This document shows positions 25,301 through 33,763 of a stretch of 64,000 nt of DNA, in pieces. The notes under the pieces were generated by a model, which saw only the letters and a list, made by a program, of their open reading frames with translations, made no database searches and was not told where the DNA came from. The DNA lies in contig JBEUKZ010000129.1 of NCBI GenBank assembly GCA_048128005.1, positions 186,001 through 250,000 of the forward strand, in the 5' to 3' direction. Source of the DNA: Veleropilina oligotropha. Its lineage: Eukaryota. The position numbers and the translations under genes were made by a program. Numbering within the stretch: the first letter of the stretch is position 1; each line of letters opens with the position of its first letter.

Positions 25301-28300
25301 TGTTTTTAGTATATGACATTTCACACAGTTATCAATATGATATTTCTCTCATGTGTCTGTGTTGACATTAATACCTGTCTAATTGTCATCGTCGTCATCT
25401 GCATCAGAGGCTACATCACAATTAGTCAATTCGTTATGACAGTCCTCAGCATGACACCCGCAGAATACAGTGCACGGTAGTTTACCGCTCACACATCCAC
25501 ATCTTCCTGACTTGCAAGGTCTATCACTTTCACAAGCGCAGCGAATCAGTTTCAAAATCTCTTGTGGGGCAAGGGACACATCTTCATGTATCGGTTTAGG
25601 CAGCATAGTCTTGGAACTGTCGTCACGAACGTATCCATGTTCTGTGGGATCTAGCGAGGGAGGGTCTAGATCCAAAGCATGTTTCCAAACAGCTGCCTGC
25701 AGGTGTGCTCGTTTGACATTTTCCAGAAATGATTCTGTTGTGGGAGGTAGAGACTTCAGCTTTGGTATGGCTGTGGTGCCCTTTCCCACCTTTGTGGCCC
25801 ATGACTTCTTCCTTGCTTCAAACATATTACTACAGTCCTTGTGTCCATAGCATGCGGCCACAAACTTGGATGCCTGTCTTGTTATATCTGGTAACAATGC
25901 ATGAATGTCACCCAAAAGTGACAAGGAGTAGCCTTCTCGCAGTACTTTCAGTACCCTGACTTTACCAATACCGAAATAGCATGCACATGTATCACAACCC
26001 GATAGGGCGTGCATAGACAACAGTCCATCTACTATGCTCTGATGTTGTTTAACAGTAGCTTGTATGTCAATAACATTTCTACCATGAATCGGCGATTCCA
26101 TGATCATGTGACTGGTTAACTGTCGCTCAAAGTAGTGGTGAAGCAGAAGGATGAAGACGTCGGTGTCATCTGCAATCACTGACACGCCTACTTTGCATTC
26201 AGTCGCGACTGTTACTGCTTGTTGAACAATGATGCAGTCTGCCTCTTCATGAGATGTAGACATGTCTTCGCGGTTGATCACCACTCCCCCATAACTTATT
26301 TCAACTGGTGTGTTATCACAACTGCTAGTGATGACAAGTTTGTGGGCCATTGTGTAGTCTCGATGGAAAGTAGTGTCTCTGGTAAGCTCTTGACATATAA
26401 TTTCCATCAGCTGTGATTTATTTTCTGACACTGTCAGGACAACTTTCTGTGGGGGTAGAGGTGTATCTAGAGCCAGTCGGTGTACTCTGCTTGCTTCTGT
26501 TGTTCTATTGCATCTGGTCGTACTCTTGGTACTGAAATCCTGGTACCTGTCGAACACGAGATAGACATCGCTATAAGTAAGTTTATGTTGGATGTACTGT
26601 TTGAAGTTCACAACAAAGTCACGGACTGTCCCATTCGCTGGCCAGTGTATCACCCAGAGGACAGCTGAACCATCTAGCACCCTGCAGTCGACTTTGGGTG
26701 ATACATTCCTTGATGCCATTTCAACTTGTAGTTGCTTCTTCAACTGTGCCTTAGCCTTTCCAGTTCTCATGTCACCCGAGTCGTTGAACATCGATGTAGG
26801 CACCGGAGATAGCTCATACGATAGTAATGTCTTGATGTCTATTGTGTCACGACAGCTAGCTTGGAGTCCTATTACTCGGGAAAAGAGAAGAGTGGTATTG
26901 AACAATTTTGCTGTACCAATATTCACATGCTTTTTTGTTACTTGCATTGTCACCACCTTTTTAGAAATGGGATTGTAGAAGCCATCTGGCCAAGCACTCT
27001 CGAATTCTTTCATTTGTTTGGTCCCAATGGTCACAGTCTTATCAATAAGTTATGGGGGAGTGGTGATCAACCGCGAAGACATGTCTACATCTCATGAAGA
27101 GGCAGACTGCATCATTGTTCAACAAGCAGTAACAGTCGCGACTGAATGCAAAGTAGGCGTGTCAGTGATTGCAGATGACACCGACGTCTTCATCCTTCTG
27201 CTTCACCACTACTTTGAGCGACAGTTAACCAGTCACATGATCATGGAATCGCCGATTCATGGTAGAAATGTTATTGACATACAAGCTACTGTTAAACAAC
27301 ATCAGAGCATAGTAGATGGACTGTTGTCTATGCACGCCCTATCGGGTTGTGATACATGTGCATGCTATTTCGGTATTGGTAAAGTCAGGGTACTGAAAGT
27401 ACTGCGAGAAGGCTACTCCTTGTCACTTTTGGGTGACATTCATGCATTGTTACCAGATATAACAAGACAGGCATCCAAGTTTGTGGCCGCATGCTATGGA
27501 CACAAGGACTGTAGTAATATGTCTGAAGCAAGGAAGAAGTCATGGGCCACAAAGGTGGGAAAGGGCACCACAGCCATACCAAAGCTGAAGTCTCTACCTC
27601 CCACAACAGAATCATTTCTGGAAAATGTCAAACGAGCACACCTGCAGGCAGCTGTTTGGAAACATGCTTTGGATCTAGACCCTCCCTCGCTAGATCCCAC
27701 AGAACATGGATACGTTCGTGACGACAGTTCCAAGACTATGCTGCCTAAACCGATACATGAAGATGTGTCCCTTGCCCCACAAGAGATTTTGAAACTGATT
27801 CGCTGCGCTTGTGAAAGTGATAGACCTTGCAAGTCAGGAAGATGTGGATGTGTGAGCGGTAAACTACCGTGCACTGTATTCTGCGGGTGTCATGCTGAGG
27901 ACTGTCATAACGAATTGACTAATTGTGATGTAGCCTCTGATGCAGATGACGACGATGACAATTAGACAGGTATTAATGTCAACACAGACACATGAGAGAA
28001 ATATCATATTGATAACTGTGTGAAATGTCATATACTAAAAACAATAATATCACAGTAGTTTAGGAGAGGAAATGTGAATGATTTATTTATGCGCCATGGC
28101 TGGTTCAGCATTGGCATATTAAAATAAAGCTAATATATTAACATGGTAATATAAGAATTTCAAATGTATCCAAAATTGTATCCAGAATGTGGGGACATAA
28201 AACCGGTCTCATGAGACATTTGAGAGTGGCCATCTTGGTTTCATGCAAATGATGGAGTTGTCAAATGATAATTAAAGCTATTCCATTGTGTTCCTTGTGT

Positions 28301-31300
28301 CGTAAAGTCATTGATGCTTAAAATATGTCCCTTGTCATCGAAAACATACAAAAAGACAGTTTGGTTAAGTATATATTACAATTGAAGATTGTGTAGTTCG
28401 TACGGCGGCCATCTTGGATTTATGCAAATGAAGGAGTTTTCGAATCATATTAAAAATTATTCCATTTGGTTCCTAATGTCTTAAAGCCCTGTTAAAACAG
28501 TTTAGATTGTTTTAAAATCCCTTCTAGAAGCCGAGATATCTTAATTATAGTATATTCAATAGAACACTGGCGGCCATCTTGGTTTTATGCAAATTAGAAA
28601 AGTTGCCCAAAGATGACAGGGTGTCATCACGCGGATTTTCAATCTTTATGGTCTCAGTGACCAAAATCAATCAAAAAACATTGTATATACTCCACTTCCA
28701 GGTTAAGCTAGTTGACTGCCAGACTACTTGCACATTAAACATAATTAATAAATTCATATGAAGTTTAAATTTTCATTTCTCGGTTTAGGGTACATTTCAA
28801 ATTCGGTCGAATGACGTCTTGGCAACATTCAGAATGATTCGGAACATAGCGGAATTTACCGATCGAATCAAACTTGGGCCAGGACACGGTGTGGCAAACT
28901 CTGTGGGGCGGCTGACTCTGTAGGGCAGGTGCGATGTCTGCGCATGCGCTGCTTAATGTAAACGTCCTCTGACTAGTTAAATATGTCGATTACAGGCAAA
29001 ATTAAGAGTTAATATCTCACATTTTATAACGTACGAGTTCATTATTATATAACCTTTCGTCCATAGCGATGTATTTTACCTGTCATGTTCGTAAAATAGC
29101 TATATTCGGTTCTTCACCCGCGCGTATTAAAATTCACCTATAATCAACTTCAATCGACCGTTGCTATTTCTCGTCCCCTCATGAAATATGTCGATAACAG
29201 GCACAATTAATAGTTAAGATCTTACATATTATAACGTAGGAGTTCATTATTGTATCACTTTTCGTCCAAAGCGATCTTTTAACCTGTCATCTTCGCAAAG
29301 TATTTATAATCACCCAGGACAAGTCAACTCGTACCCAGGTCGAGTCAGCTCGTACCCAACATTAAATACACTACATTTTATGATATATACATATATAAAA
29401 GATACCATAGCTCACGATTATATCTTATAAAAGCAAGGCAAGGTCTAGCCCAGTCAGCATTCTATATAGTTTAATGTCGACATAATTTCAACAAAAAAAA
29501 CAAGATATACAAATTTTCTGTTTCATTGCAGATTTCCAACGTTATTATTGGCCGGATCCTGTAACATCAACGATTTATCGACGACAGATTGAATAGGCGG
29601 TCCAGGATTTTGGGATGGGGATGAAGATTGACATTTGAACTGATATTGGTGGCCCAAATAAAATGTACAACCATTTTGAAATACGACTTTGTGATCTCTT
29701 TGCGTGCGTTGATGTTAATAAAAGTTATAGTTGCATATATAGATTGAGATAAACAAGATGCACGATACTGTTCTTTGTAATTCGCTATAATTAATGATTG
29801 AAAGTGTGCTATATCGAACTCGAAATATCTCGGCAATCACTCTTTGATCTGGGCTGAACTACAATTAAAACCGAGTCTGTGACAACATAAACACAGAAAT
29901 ATTAGCGCTATTGTTATTAGCTTACCGATGTATTATGGCTTACCCCAGAGGTGTGATATGTTTATCGGATTATGATGTGTTGGAGTTGAGTCTGTCAATA
30001 ATCGGACGCATAAAAGTGACTTGTAATAAGAGATTAAAAAGCCGACACCATGCTGGTTGGTATATAACCAAGTACAATTTTATTATTTTCCATTTCTGAA
30101 ATGGCCGACTTCATCTGTATATTTTGCAATTGCATCGTCCGTCCACGACAAGAATCCATCGAATGTGAAGTTTGTGAAAGGTGGCAGCATCCCACGTGTG
30201 AAATACAGGTAATTATAAAATATTCCAAGACATGATACAAATTTAATAGTGTACAAACACATTAGAAAATTGAATACACATCGTACTACAATATAATGAA
30301 CCCAATATAATAGTACGGGCAATGGCTAGACATTATAAATGAACCCTTATAAATGAATATCATGATTTTGAAATCATATGACTTATTTATATTTTCAGGC
30401 ATCACAAGGGACGCGTACAGAAGAGTAGGGAGAGGATTGGGCAGCATAGAATGGCGATGCAACAACTGCTTAGATGTTGAAATAGAAGTAAGATATTTGG
30501 GTGATGCGCCGATAGACGACGACCAATCTGTCGTAAATGACCAGCCAGAGGACAACCCAGAGAGAGATGATGCGGAGATGTCCTTTAATGTGGAGCAATC
30601 GTTCGAACTGCCACCTCAAATACAAGAGGAGTAAGTATATATGAAAATATTGTTAATTGTTATTTCAACAATTTATTCTTTAACAGATGTTAATTCCTAA
30701 TTCATATTGATATAAGCTTAATCTTGATATTTGCCTGGTTTTCCTGAACTAATATGTTTATTATCCATCTGTGTATCATATTACTAACTAATGTTTGTAT
30801 TTATCAGTATCTTTTTTTCTGTTCTAGAAATATTGCCGACGAGTCGCTCATTGAAGACGAAGGTGAACAATTAGAGGATCCTGTTATCTTCAGTGTTGTT
30901 GACACTGCGTCCCAGAGACAAAGGCCGAAACGTGTCGACAGTCGGGGATTCGCTTACACATTAAAGGTATATATAGTAACGTCCTTAACTTATATAACGA
31001 TTTTATTGACCCGTACACATTGAATTACTCCTTTAAATTTTTGATCTAGTGTACTTATTTGTAAATACATATTGTAATTATTCATATTTTCCAGAGAGAC
31101 AGAAATGGAACAAAAACATGGACATGTGCTGTTAGAAACAAATCCACAAAATGCCCAGCTAGTGTTCGAGAGATGAGAGGCGCGTTCATCCCTGGACCTC
31201 GGCAGCATATCCATCAGTCGACCCCAGGCTTGTTGACATCAACACGGATCGTAACAACAGTAAGCATCATTGTATATAATAATATAATATTCGTATCCTT

Positions 31301-32733
31301 AAAATGCTTATCTATGTTCATGATATGTATTGATGAATCTTTTTAATTGGAACTTTCTGCATAATAAACTATTTCTCTTGCGCAGGTGAGAGTCAGAGCA
31401 CGTAATGAAATATATAGATCAGCTCCATCCATAGTAGAAGATGTGATGTCGGATATGGCGGAGCTGCGCGAGCCTCAAGGTAGTCGCCCAAATCAGTCTC
31501 ACCTCGCCAGGGCAGTCAATCGAGAAAGGCAGTCGACCAGACCAAAGGAGCCAACAGATTTAGCCGCCCCACAGAGTTTGCCACAACGGAACGGTCAAAG
31601 TTGAGCCAATATAATTATGTACTAGTTGGACAATATTGAAGAAGGAACTAAGGCATTCTATTAAATAGTGGTTTTGTAATTAGTTTTAATAGCGAGCACG
31701 AAGTGTGAGCTCTATAGGTAACGTGTGTGTAGAAAATAATCAATGATGAACAAATCTAGTGTACCCTTACCTTTGTGATTATTAGGACGGAAACGGGTTG
31801 CATGCTGGGATCGTTTGACGTTGATATGGGGCTTTTGCGTATGGGTATACATTTTATTTATTTGTCAAGCGTGTCAAACGCGAAGCGCTTCCACATTAAA
31901 CATGCATAGGACAGGCGCGCAGCGCCTGTCATAAATACTGAATTCCGCTGAAGTTTTAAAGCCAAGTCTCGGATATCCGTTAGCGGTGACGTCTTTGCCT
32001 TGAATTCGCCAGTGTCGTCTTGGCAACGAGAAAATGATTCGGTAAATTCGCGGAGTTTACCGATCGATTCAAACTAAGAGAGTGTTGTGTACCTTATATG
32101 AATAAGTAACGGGCCCTAAGTAACGAACGTAATATACTAAACAAATACTTTAAATGGACGAGCCACAGCCATGTGCGCTTCGAGCCGTATTCCGCTTCCC
32201 TCGCTTCGATAACATAGGCATAGTGTCTGTGTGTCGACTAGGCGGTGCGCAATACAAGTAATTTCACCGGTGCACATAAATAAAATATCCGTTACAAAGA
32301 ATATCGTTGCAACCCACTACATCGCTCCTCAAGTTACAATAAATATTAGTTTAAACTTTGTACCCGGTAATTAGTTTTAATAATTATATGTATATATGTA
32401 TCATATATATGCCATATCTGAGTGCTCGTTTCTAGGTAGCACCTACGACATATTAATTATATGTACATACATACTGTATGTTATATCTGAGTGCTCTTTT
32501 CTAGTTAGCACCTAAAACATATTACAAGAGTTGTCGCCCTTAAATCCGTGTTTTACTCAAATAAATCCTAAAATATTATGCTATACCTGAATCGAAATAT
32601 TGCGTGGGAAAAGAGATCTAGCTGTAATCAACCATGCCTTTGCAGCATATGAATCAACTTTCATATAGTTTCTTGCTCGCGAAATAAGCCACTCTTCGTC
32701 AGACAACGCTCCGTTATTCATGGCGGCTGCCAT
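1171..32733 (-). CDS. INTS10: Integrator complex subunit 10, spliced, 3'-partial. Exons: 32733-32587, 21492-21425, 19253-19150, 18523-18384, 15676-15595, 14643-14494, 12646-12466, 11956-11802, 11056-10984, 9501-9350, 8767-8685, 8506-8441, 1702-1649, 1350-1171
   Basis: 14 GT-AG bounded exons join in phase to 1635 nt (545 codons). Peptides match vertebrate INTS10 as recalled: AAKAWLITARSLFP, QVQCQMLL, PVNCYRKLLVCDVLPL, KAIEFYIAYVT, DLLSPSKKS, DPWGNLFKLL, FIRLCQNWKMETWSW, ILPYCIQLLLSCFR. The C-terminal exons were not found in the window. Confidence 0.95.
1649..1702 (-). CDS. INTS10: INTS10 exon 13 (TRNQLQLACCFFCLGSYA)
   Basis: TTGTAG acceptor, GTAAGT donor; resembles IQLATCHFALGEY. Confidence 0.87.
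3377..3970. repeat. Two long imperfect palindromes (3377-3548 and 3817-3970), hairpin-ended repeat termini
   Basis: Arms such as ATATCACATTTATGAAAC/GTTTCATAAATGTGATAT and TTTCATATGAGAATTATGAAAC/GTTTCATAATTCTCATATGAAA; the second has a CTCGCCAAGGCTCG centre. Confidence 0.65.
4179..6931 (-). pseudogene. Tc1-type transposase, frameshifted and interrupted
   Basis: MPR...AIGMLDAGMS (HTH), WNTVLFSDESR, GGGSSVMVWAAI, VIDGNLNAQRYRDDIL, FHHDNATSHTAR, C-terminal GGHTHY*. Confidence 0.9.
4514..6317. mobile_element. Non-autonomous piggyBac-like element
   Basis: TTAA at 4510-4513 and 6318-6321; TIR CCCTTTAGCATTTA / TAAATGCTAAAGAG; removal restores the Tc1 frame; internal ~350-bp direct duplication (4671, 5019). 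Confidence 0.85.
7137..7834. mobile_element. MITE with GGGCTnTTCCAGAAAAA TIRs and subterminal poly-G/poly-C, nested in the Tc1 5' region
   Basis: GGGCTGTTCCAGAAAAA at 7137; TTTTTCTGGAAGAGCCC ending 7834; imperfect 3-bp flanks TAA/AAA. Confidence 0.7.
8441..8506 (-). CDS. INTS10: INTS10 exon 12 (GSFQEAVAHIQTFATDVSEKLQ)
   Basis: TTTTAG acceptor, GTATGC donor; phase 0-0. Confidence 0.85.
8685..8767 (-). CDS. INTS10: INTS10 exon 11 (DFIRLCQNWKMETWSWMGHFQTDMFIYK)
   Basis: TTGCAG acceptor, GTAGGA donor; strong motif match. Confidence 0.92.
9350..9501 (-). CDS. INTS10: INTS10 exon 10 (PKIKKLRPDG...IIQNFVTALKCYELLHTSGELKR)
   Basis: Lies within ORF 9288-9527; splice sites in phase. Confidence 0.88.
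10059..10820 (-). mobile_element. Helentron/HINE-type non-autonomous element with ~150-bp internal tandem repeats
   Basis: AACTAG end; 4-5 units containing CTTTTCACTGTAGAG...CAAAATGGCCGCC; terminal hairpin ATCCCCGACTAT/ATAGTCCGGGGAT. Confidence 0.7.
10984..11056 (-). CDS. INTS10: INTS10 exon 9 (GGSSLSVPVVLIEGFKANQDHQT)
   Basis: TTTCAG acceptor, GTAAGG donor; VPVVLIE resembles VPLVLLE. Confidence 0.85.
11802..11956 (-). CDS. INTS10: INTS10 exon 8 (ETQWQHVLSIC...KQVLHTTTVLFLECLYTYVSHVDTEIFA)
   Basis: Lies within ORF 11794-11982; splice sites in phase. Confidence 0.88.
12466..12646 (-). CDS. INTS10: INTS10 exon 7 (GDLLSPSKKS...DPWGNLFKLL...FTSS)
   Basis: Overlaps ORF 12234-12635; TTTAG acceptor, GTCAGG donor. 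Confidence 0.88.
13029..14060 (-). mobile_element. Helentron/HINE-type element with ~155-bp tandem repeats
   Basis: AACAAG end; ~5 units (ATAACTGTG...AATTCAATAGCAACCTAG...CATACCAAATTTGAATTCCC); GGAC microsatellite; terminal hairpin ATCCCATCGATGGGAT. Confidence 0.75.
14131..14555 (-). repeat. Five ~85-95-bp tandem copies of the INTS10 exon 6 3' end plus splice donor
   Basis: Repeated GGAGGTTGTGTGACGTAGGAGATGTAGAACTC...GAGTAACTGAATG.ACCTGGATTG units. Confidence 0.8.
14494..14643 (-). CDS. INTS10: INTS10 exon 6 (VCDVLPLVLDKCRLDLSSKQLYKWLQKAIEFYIAYVTQPPSQEDGSTLNP)
   Basis: Lies within ORF 14372-14698; CTGTAG acceptor, CAG|GTACAT donor. Confidence 0.9.
15595..15676 (-). CDS. INTS10: INTS10 exon 5 (LKLVETLLNVERGQQGLTPVNCYRKLL)
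   Basis: Splice sites present; PVNCxRKL motif. Confidence 0.9.
16420..16755 (+). CDS. GIY-YIG endonuclease domain of the Penelope-like element (C-terminal fragment)
   Basis: CKSKNLIYLITCGLCKSQYVGQTKREFKMRLSEH...HKREQYWIFQLHTLKPVGLN. Confidence 0.9.
   Translation, partial: VGDCKSKNLIYLITCGLCKSQYVGQTKREFKMRLSEHLRYARLNKDEPTGVHYNKPEHSFRNMVFDIIEIVNYDPSLPEALTLRHKREQYWIFQLHTLKPVGLNCFDLTGD
16969..17662 (+). pseudogene. ~229-aa ORF with two N-terminal C2H2 zinc fingers, broken by a 4-bp TCGA duplication near 17022-17029
   Basis: With TCGA removed: MFSCNTCDRTYKCRSSLYRHQQIHRKKSFICEFCRYPFTRSDSRKDHLLTAH..., open to TAA at 17662. A polypyrimidine tract and CAG end at 16957. Confidence 0.75.
17889..17986 (+). 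repeat. 11-bp tandem repeat (A[CT]ACCGGATAC)n in the pseudo-LTR
   Basis: About 9 copies visible. Confidence 0.85.
18032..18072 (+). ncRNA. Minimal type I hammerhead ribozyme (Penelope-associated type)
   Basis: TCCT-CTGATGA-A-GATAC atcta GTATC-GAAA-CCGG-TC-AGGA: stem I TCCT/AGGA, conserved core, stem II, palindromic CCGG stem III, GUC cleavage triplet. Confidence 0.85.
18128..18320 (-). mobile_element. Short HINE-type element
   Basis: ACAAG end, subterminal GTCTCGC repeat, GAC microsatellite, terminal hairpin GTCTCGC...GCGAGACAAAAA. Confidence 0.6.
18384..18523 (-). CDS. INTS10: INTS10 exon 4 (EIFAAIPTQVQCQMLL...RKFPNLVTEHG)
   Basis: Splice sites present, in phase, motif match. Confidence 0.9.
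18760..18996. mobile_element. Palindromic MITE
   Basis: AATAAATAGTAAATATA...TTACTTACTTTGA mirrored by TCAAAGTAAGTAA...TATATTTACTATTTATT; inner ATGACGGTTTATGAC/GTCATAAACCGTCAT. Confidence 0.7.
19150..19253 (-). CDS. INTS10: INTS10 exon 3 (FQAFPQNPQLWAEIHTLLEAMQSDATDARTQLHT)
   Basis: TTCTAG acceptor, GTACC donor, in phase. Confidence 0.9.
19685..20905 (-). mobile_element. HINE-type element containing a second HINE-type element (20008-~20675, ~150-bp repeats)
   Basis: Outer: AACAAG...GGAC microsatellite, hairpin CTCGCATT/AATGCGAG. Inner: AACTAG, 4 units, GACA microsatellite. Confidence 0.65.
20950..21250 (+). pseudogene. CR1/L2-group LINE reverse transcriptase relic
   Basis: DFSKAFDNMP..RLL plus degraded QGxxLGPxLFxxxIN-like and LFADD-like motifs; stops and frameshifts. 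Confidence 0.65.
21425..21492 (-). CDS. INTS10: INTS10 exon 2 (FEQYALEKAGRNVSEAAHLLEE)
   Basis: TTTCAG acceptor, GTATGT donor, phase fits exon 3. Confidence 0.88.
21608..23384. mobile_element. Possible hAT-like MITE hosting the 22055-23334 element
   Basis: CAGGGTTAG / CTAACCCTG termini and subterminal AAATTCGCCA / TGGCGAATTT; no clean TSD. Confidence 0.45.
22055..23334 (-). mobile_element. HINE-type element with ~7 x 158-bp tandem repeats
   Basis: AACTAG end, subterminal GGCCCGCC, 158-bp period (ORF offsets 22279, 22437, 22595...), GACG microsatellite, terminal hairpin GCCCTGCCTT/AAGGCGGGC. Confidence 0.85.
25379..27034 (-). CDS. Academ transposase C-terminal part (XPG/FEN-like nuclease and Cys8-type zinc finger), 5'-truncated
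   Basis: 551-aa open frame: LLSYELSPVPTSMF, VLDGSA, VFDRY, SHEEAD, DDTDV, HALSGCDT, LPPT...RAHLQ..VW, CxC...CxxxRCGC...LPCTVFCGC. Confidence 0.85.
   Translation of the reverse strand: MTIGTKQMKEFESAWPDGFYNPISKKVVTMQVTKKHVNIGTAKLFNTTLLFSRVIGLQASCRDTIDIKTLLSYELSPVPTSMFNDSGDMRTGKAKAQLKKQLQVEMASRNVSPKVDCRVLDGSAVLWVIHWPANGTVRDFVVNFKQYIQHKLTYSDVYLVFDRYQDFSTKSTTRCNRTTEASRVHRLALDTPLPPQKVVLTVSENKSQLMEIICQELTRDTTFHRDYTMAHKLVITSSCDNTPVEISYGGVVINREDMSTSHEEADCIIVQQAVTVATECKVGVSVIADDTDVFILLLHHYFERQLTSHMIMESPIHGRNVIDIQATVKQHQSIVDGLLSMHALSGCDTCACYFGIGKVRVLKVLREGYSLSLLGDIHALLPDITRQASKFVAACYGHKDCSNMFEARKKSWATKVGKGTTAIPKLKSLPPTTESFLENVKRAHLQAAVWKHALDLDPPSLDPTEHGYVRDDSSKTMLPKPIHEDVSLAPQEILKLIRCACESDRPCKSGRCGCVSGKLPCTVFCGCHAEDCHNELTNCDVASDADDDDDN
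27044..27965 (+). pseudogene. Inverted duplicate of the Academ transposase C-terminal ~306 codons
   Basis: Same peptide as the minus copy except one F/S change (CSNMFEA vs CSNMSEA). Confidence 0.88.
28890..31585 (+). mobile_element. Internally deleted DNA transposon carrying a MULE-type gene 5' half
   Basis: 24-bp TIR TGTGGCAAACTCTGTGGGGCGGCT, with ACGG on both flanks. Confidence 0.75.
30101..31562 (+). pseudogene. Spliced PHD-finger plus FLYWCH MULE-type transposase N-terminus. Exons ~30101-30208, 30399-30630, 30828-30966, 31095-31259, 31386-31562
   Basis: MADFICIFC...CEVCERWQHPTC / WRCNNC (PHD); DSRGFAYTLK|RDRNGTKTWTCAVRNKSTKCPA...HIH (FLYWCH); LARAVNRERQSTRPKEPTDL. Phase mismatch at intron 1; truncated by the TIR before the catalytic core. 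Confidence 0.75.
32587..32733 (-). CDS. INTS10: INTS10 coding exon 1 (MAAAMNNGALSDEEWLISRARNYMKVDSYAAKAWLITARSLFPRNISIQ)
   Basis: ATG in AAAATGGC context; donor CAG|GTATAG; 147 nt. Confidence 0.93.
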
Positions 32734-32956
32734 TTTGTTTTGAAATATCGGCAGTAAAAAAATCTAAAAATGTCTAATTTAATGCTCCGTGTGCAGTATT
32801 CATTAAAATGTCAATTATAATGATTTAATTTTCAGAAATTTTACACAAAATGCAGTGACTGCTTGTCATAAAGTGAATAAACAAAGCAAAGTCAGTTCTA
32901 CAGTGTGGAATTGTGGGATAGCCACGTGTGTTTGTTGTTGTTTCATCTTGAACTGG

Positions 32957-33763
32957 TAGCATCATGCGCATCAGGCCTCTGCGCACATCCGGATAAACCT
33001 CGTCCGCATCAGGCCTCTGCGCACATCCGGATAAACCTCGTCCGAGAGGGCCTGATAAAGGTGCTATTAAAAACTTGTGACGCCAAAACGAGGCTTACCG
33101 AAAAATGGGTAAAGTTTTGATTGGACGATCCGTACACACCTCCTACACACCCACCAATATGATTTCAAATAAAAGTCAAAAATAGATTACTAGTATATGA
33201 ATTATGTTTGGGCGTTTCCTGGGTTTAATTCTCAAATCATTCTAAATATGTGTTGCCATGACTTCTATTCGTTTTATATAGTCCATATTGAAACCCATAT
33301 CGGTCATTGTATGTCAGACTGAAGTTATCGTATCTAAATATAGGTCACTTGAAAGCGGACATGGGATATCCCACCCAACATAGTAAATCACTGCTATTAA
33401 TTAATTGTGGAATGGCAAAAATATTCAAATTGGCAAATAATACATCGTCAGATGACTTTGCGTAACACAACACAATTTATTCTGTATCTAATGATCTCGA
33501 ATTCGGTACGAACCGTGCGAAGATATCTTCATGGCAGTGGTCGCCATTTGTAAACACAGCGCCGTCTATCGGTCACAAGTTTTTAATAGCACCTTTATCA
33601 GGCCCTCTCGGACGAGGTTTATCCGGATGTGCGCAGAGGCCTGATGCGCATGATGCTATCTCGGACGAGGTTTATCCGGATGTGCGCAGAGGCCTGATGC
33701 GCATGATGCCTCTCGGACGAGGTTTATCCGGATGTGCGCAGAGGCATGATGCGCATGATGCTA
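32957..33763. mobile_element. MITE with tandemly amplified terminal repeats, just upstream of the INTS10 ATG
   Basis: TIR TAGCATCATGCGCATCAGGCCTCTGCGCACATCCGGATAAACCTCGTCCG...; CTTGAACTGG duplicated at 32947-32956 and 33764-33773. Confidence 0.85.

Larger units (their letters stand above)
24608..28726. mobile_element. Academ transposon, rearranged as a foldback (arms 24608-26300 and 27044-28726)
   Basis: TAGTCTGGCAGTCAACT termini, 3-bp TSD CTT (24605-24607, 28727-28729), XPG-like plus Cys-rich ORF. Confidence 0.88.

Noticed and set aside
25470..26978. Plus-strand ORFs opposite the Academ transposase, and their mirrors at 27385-27874
   Set aside because: Antisense shadows of the transposase frame.
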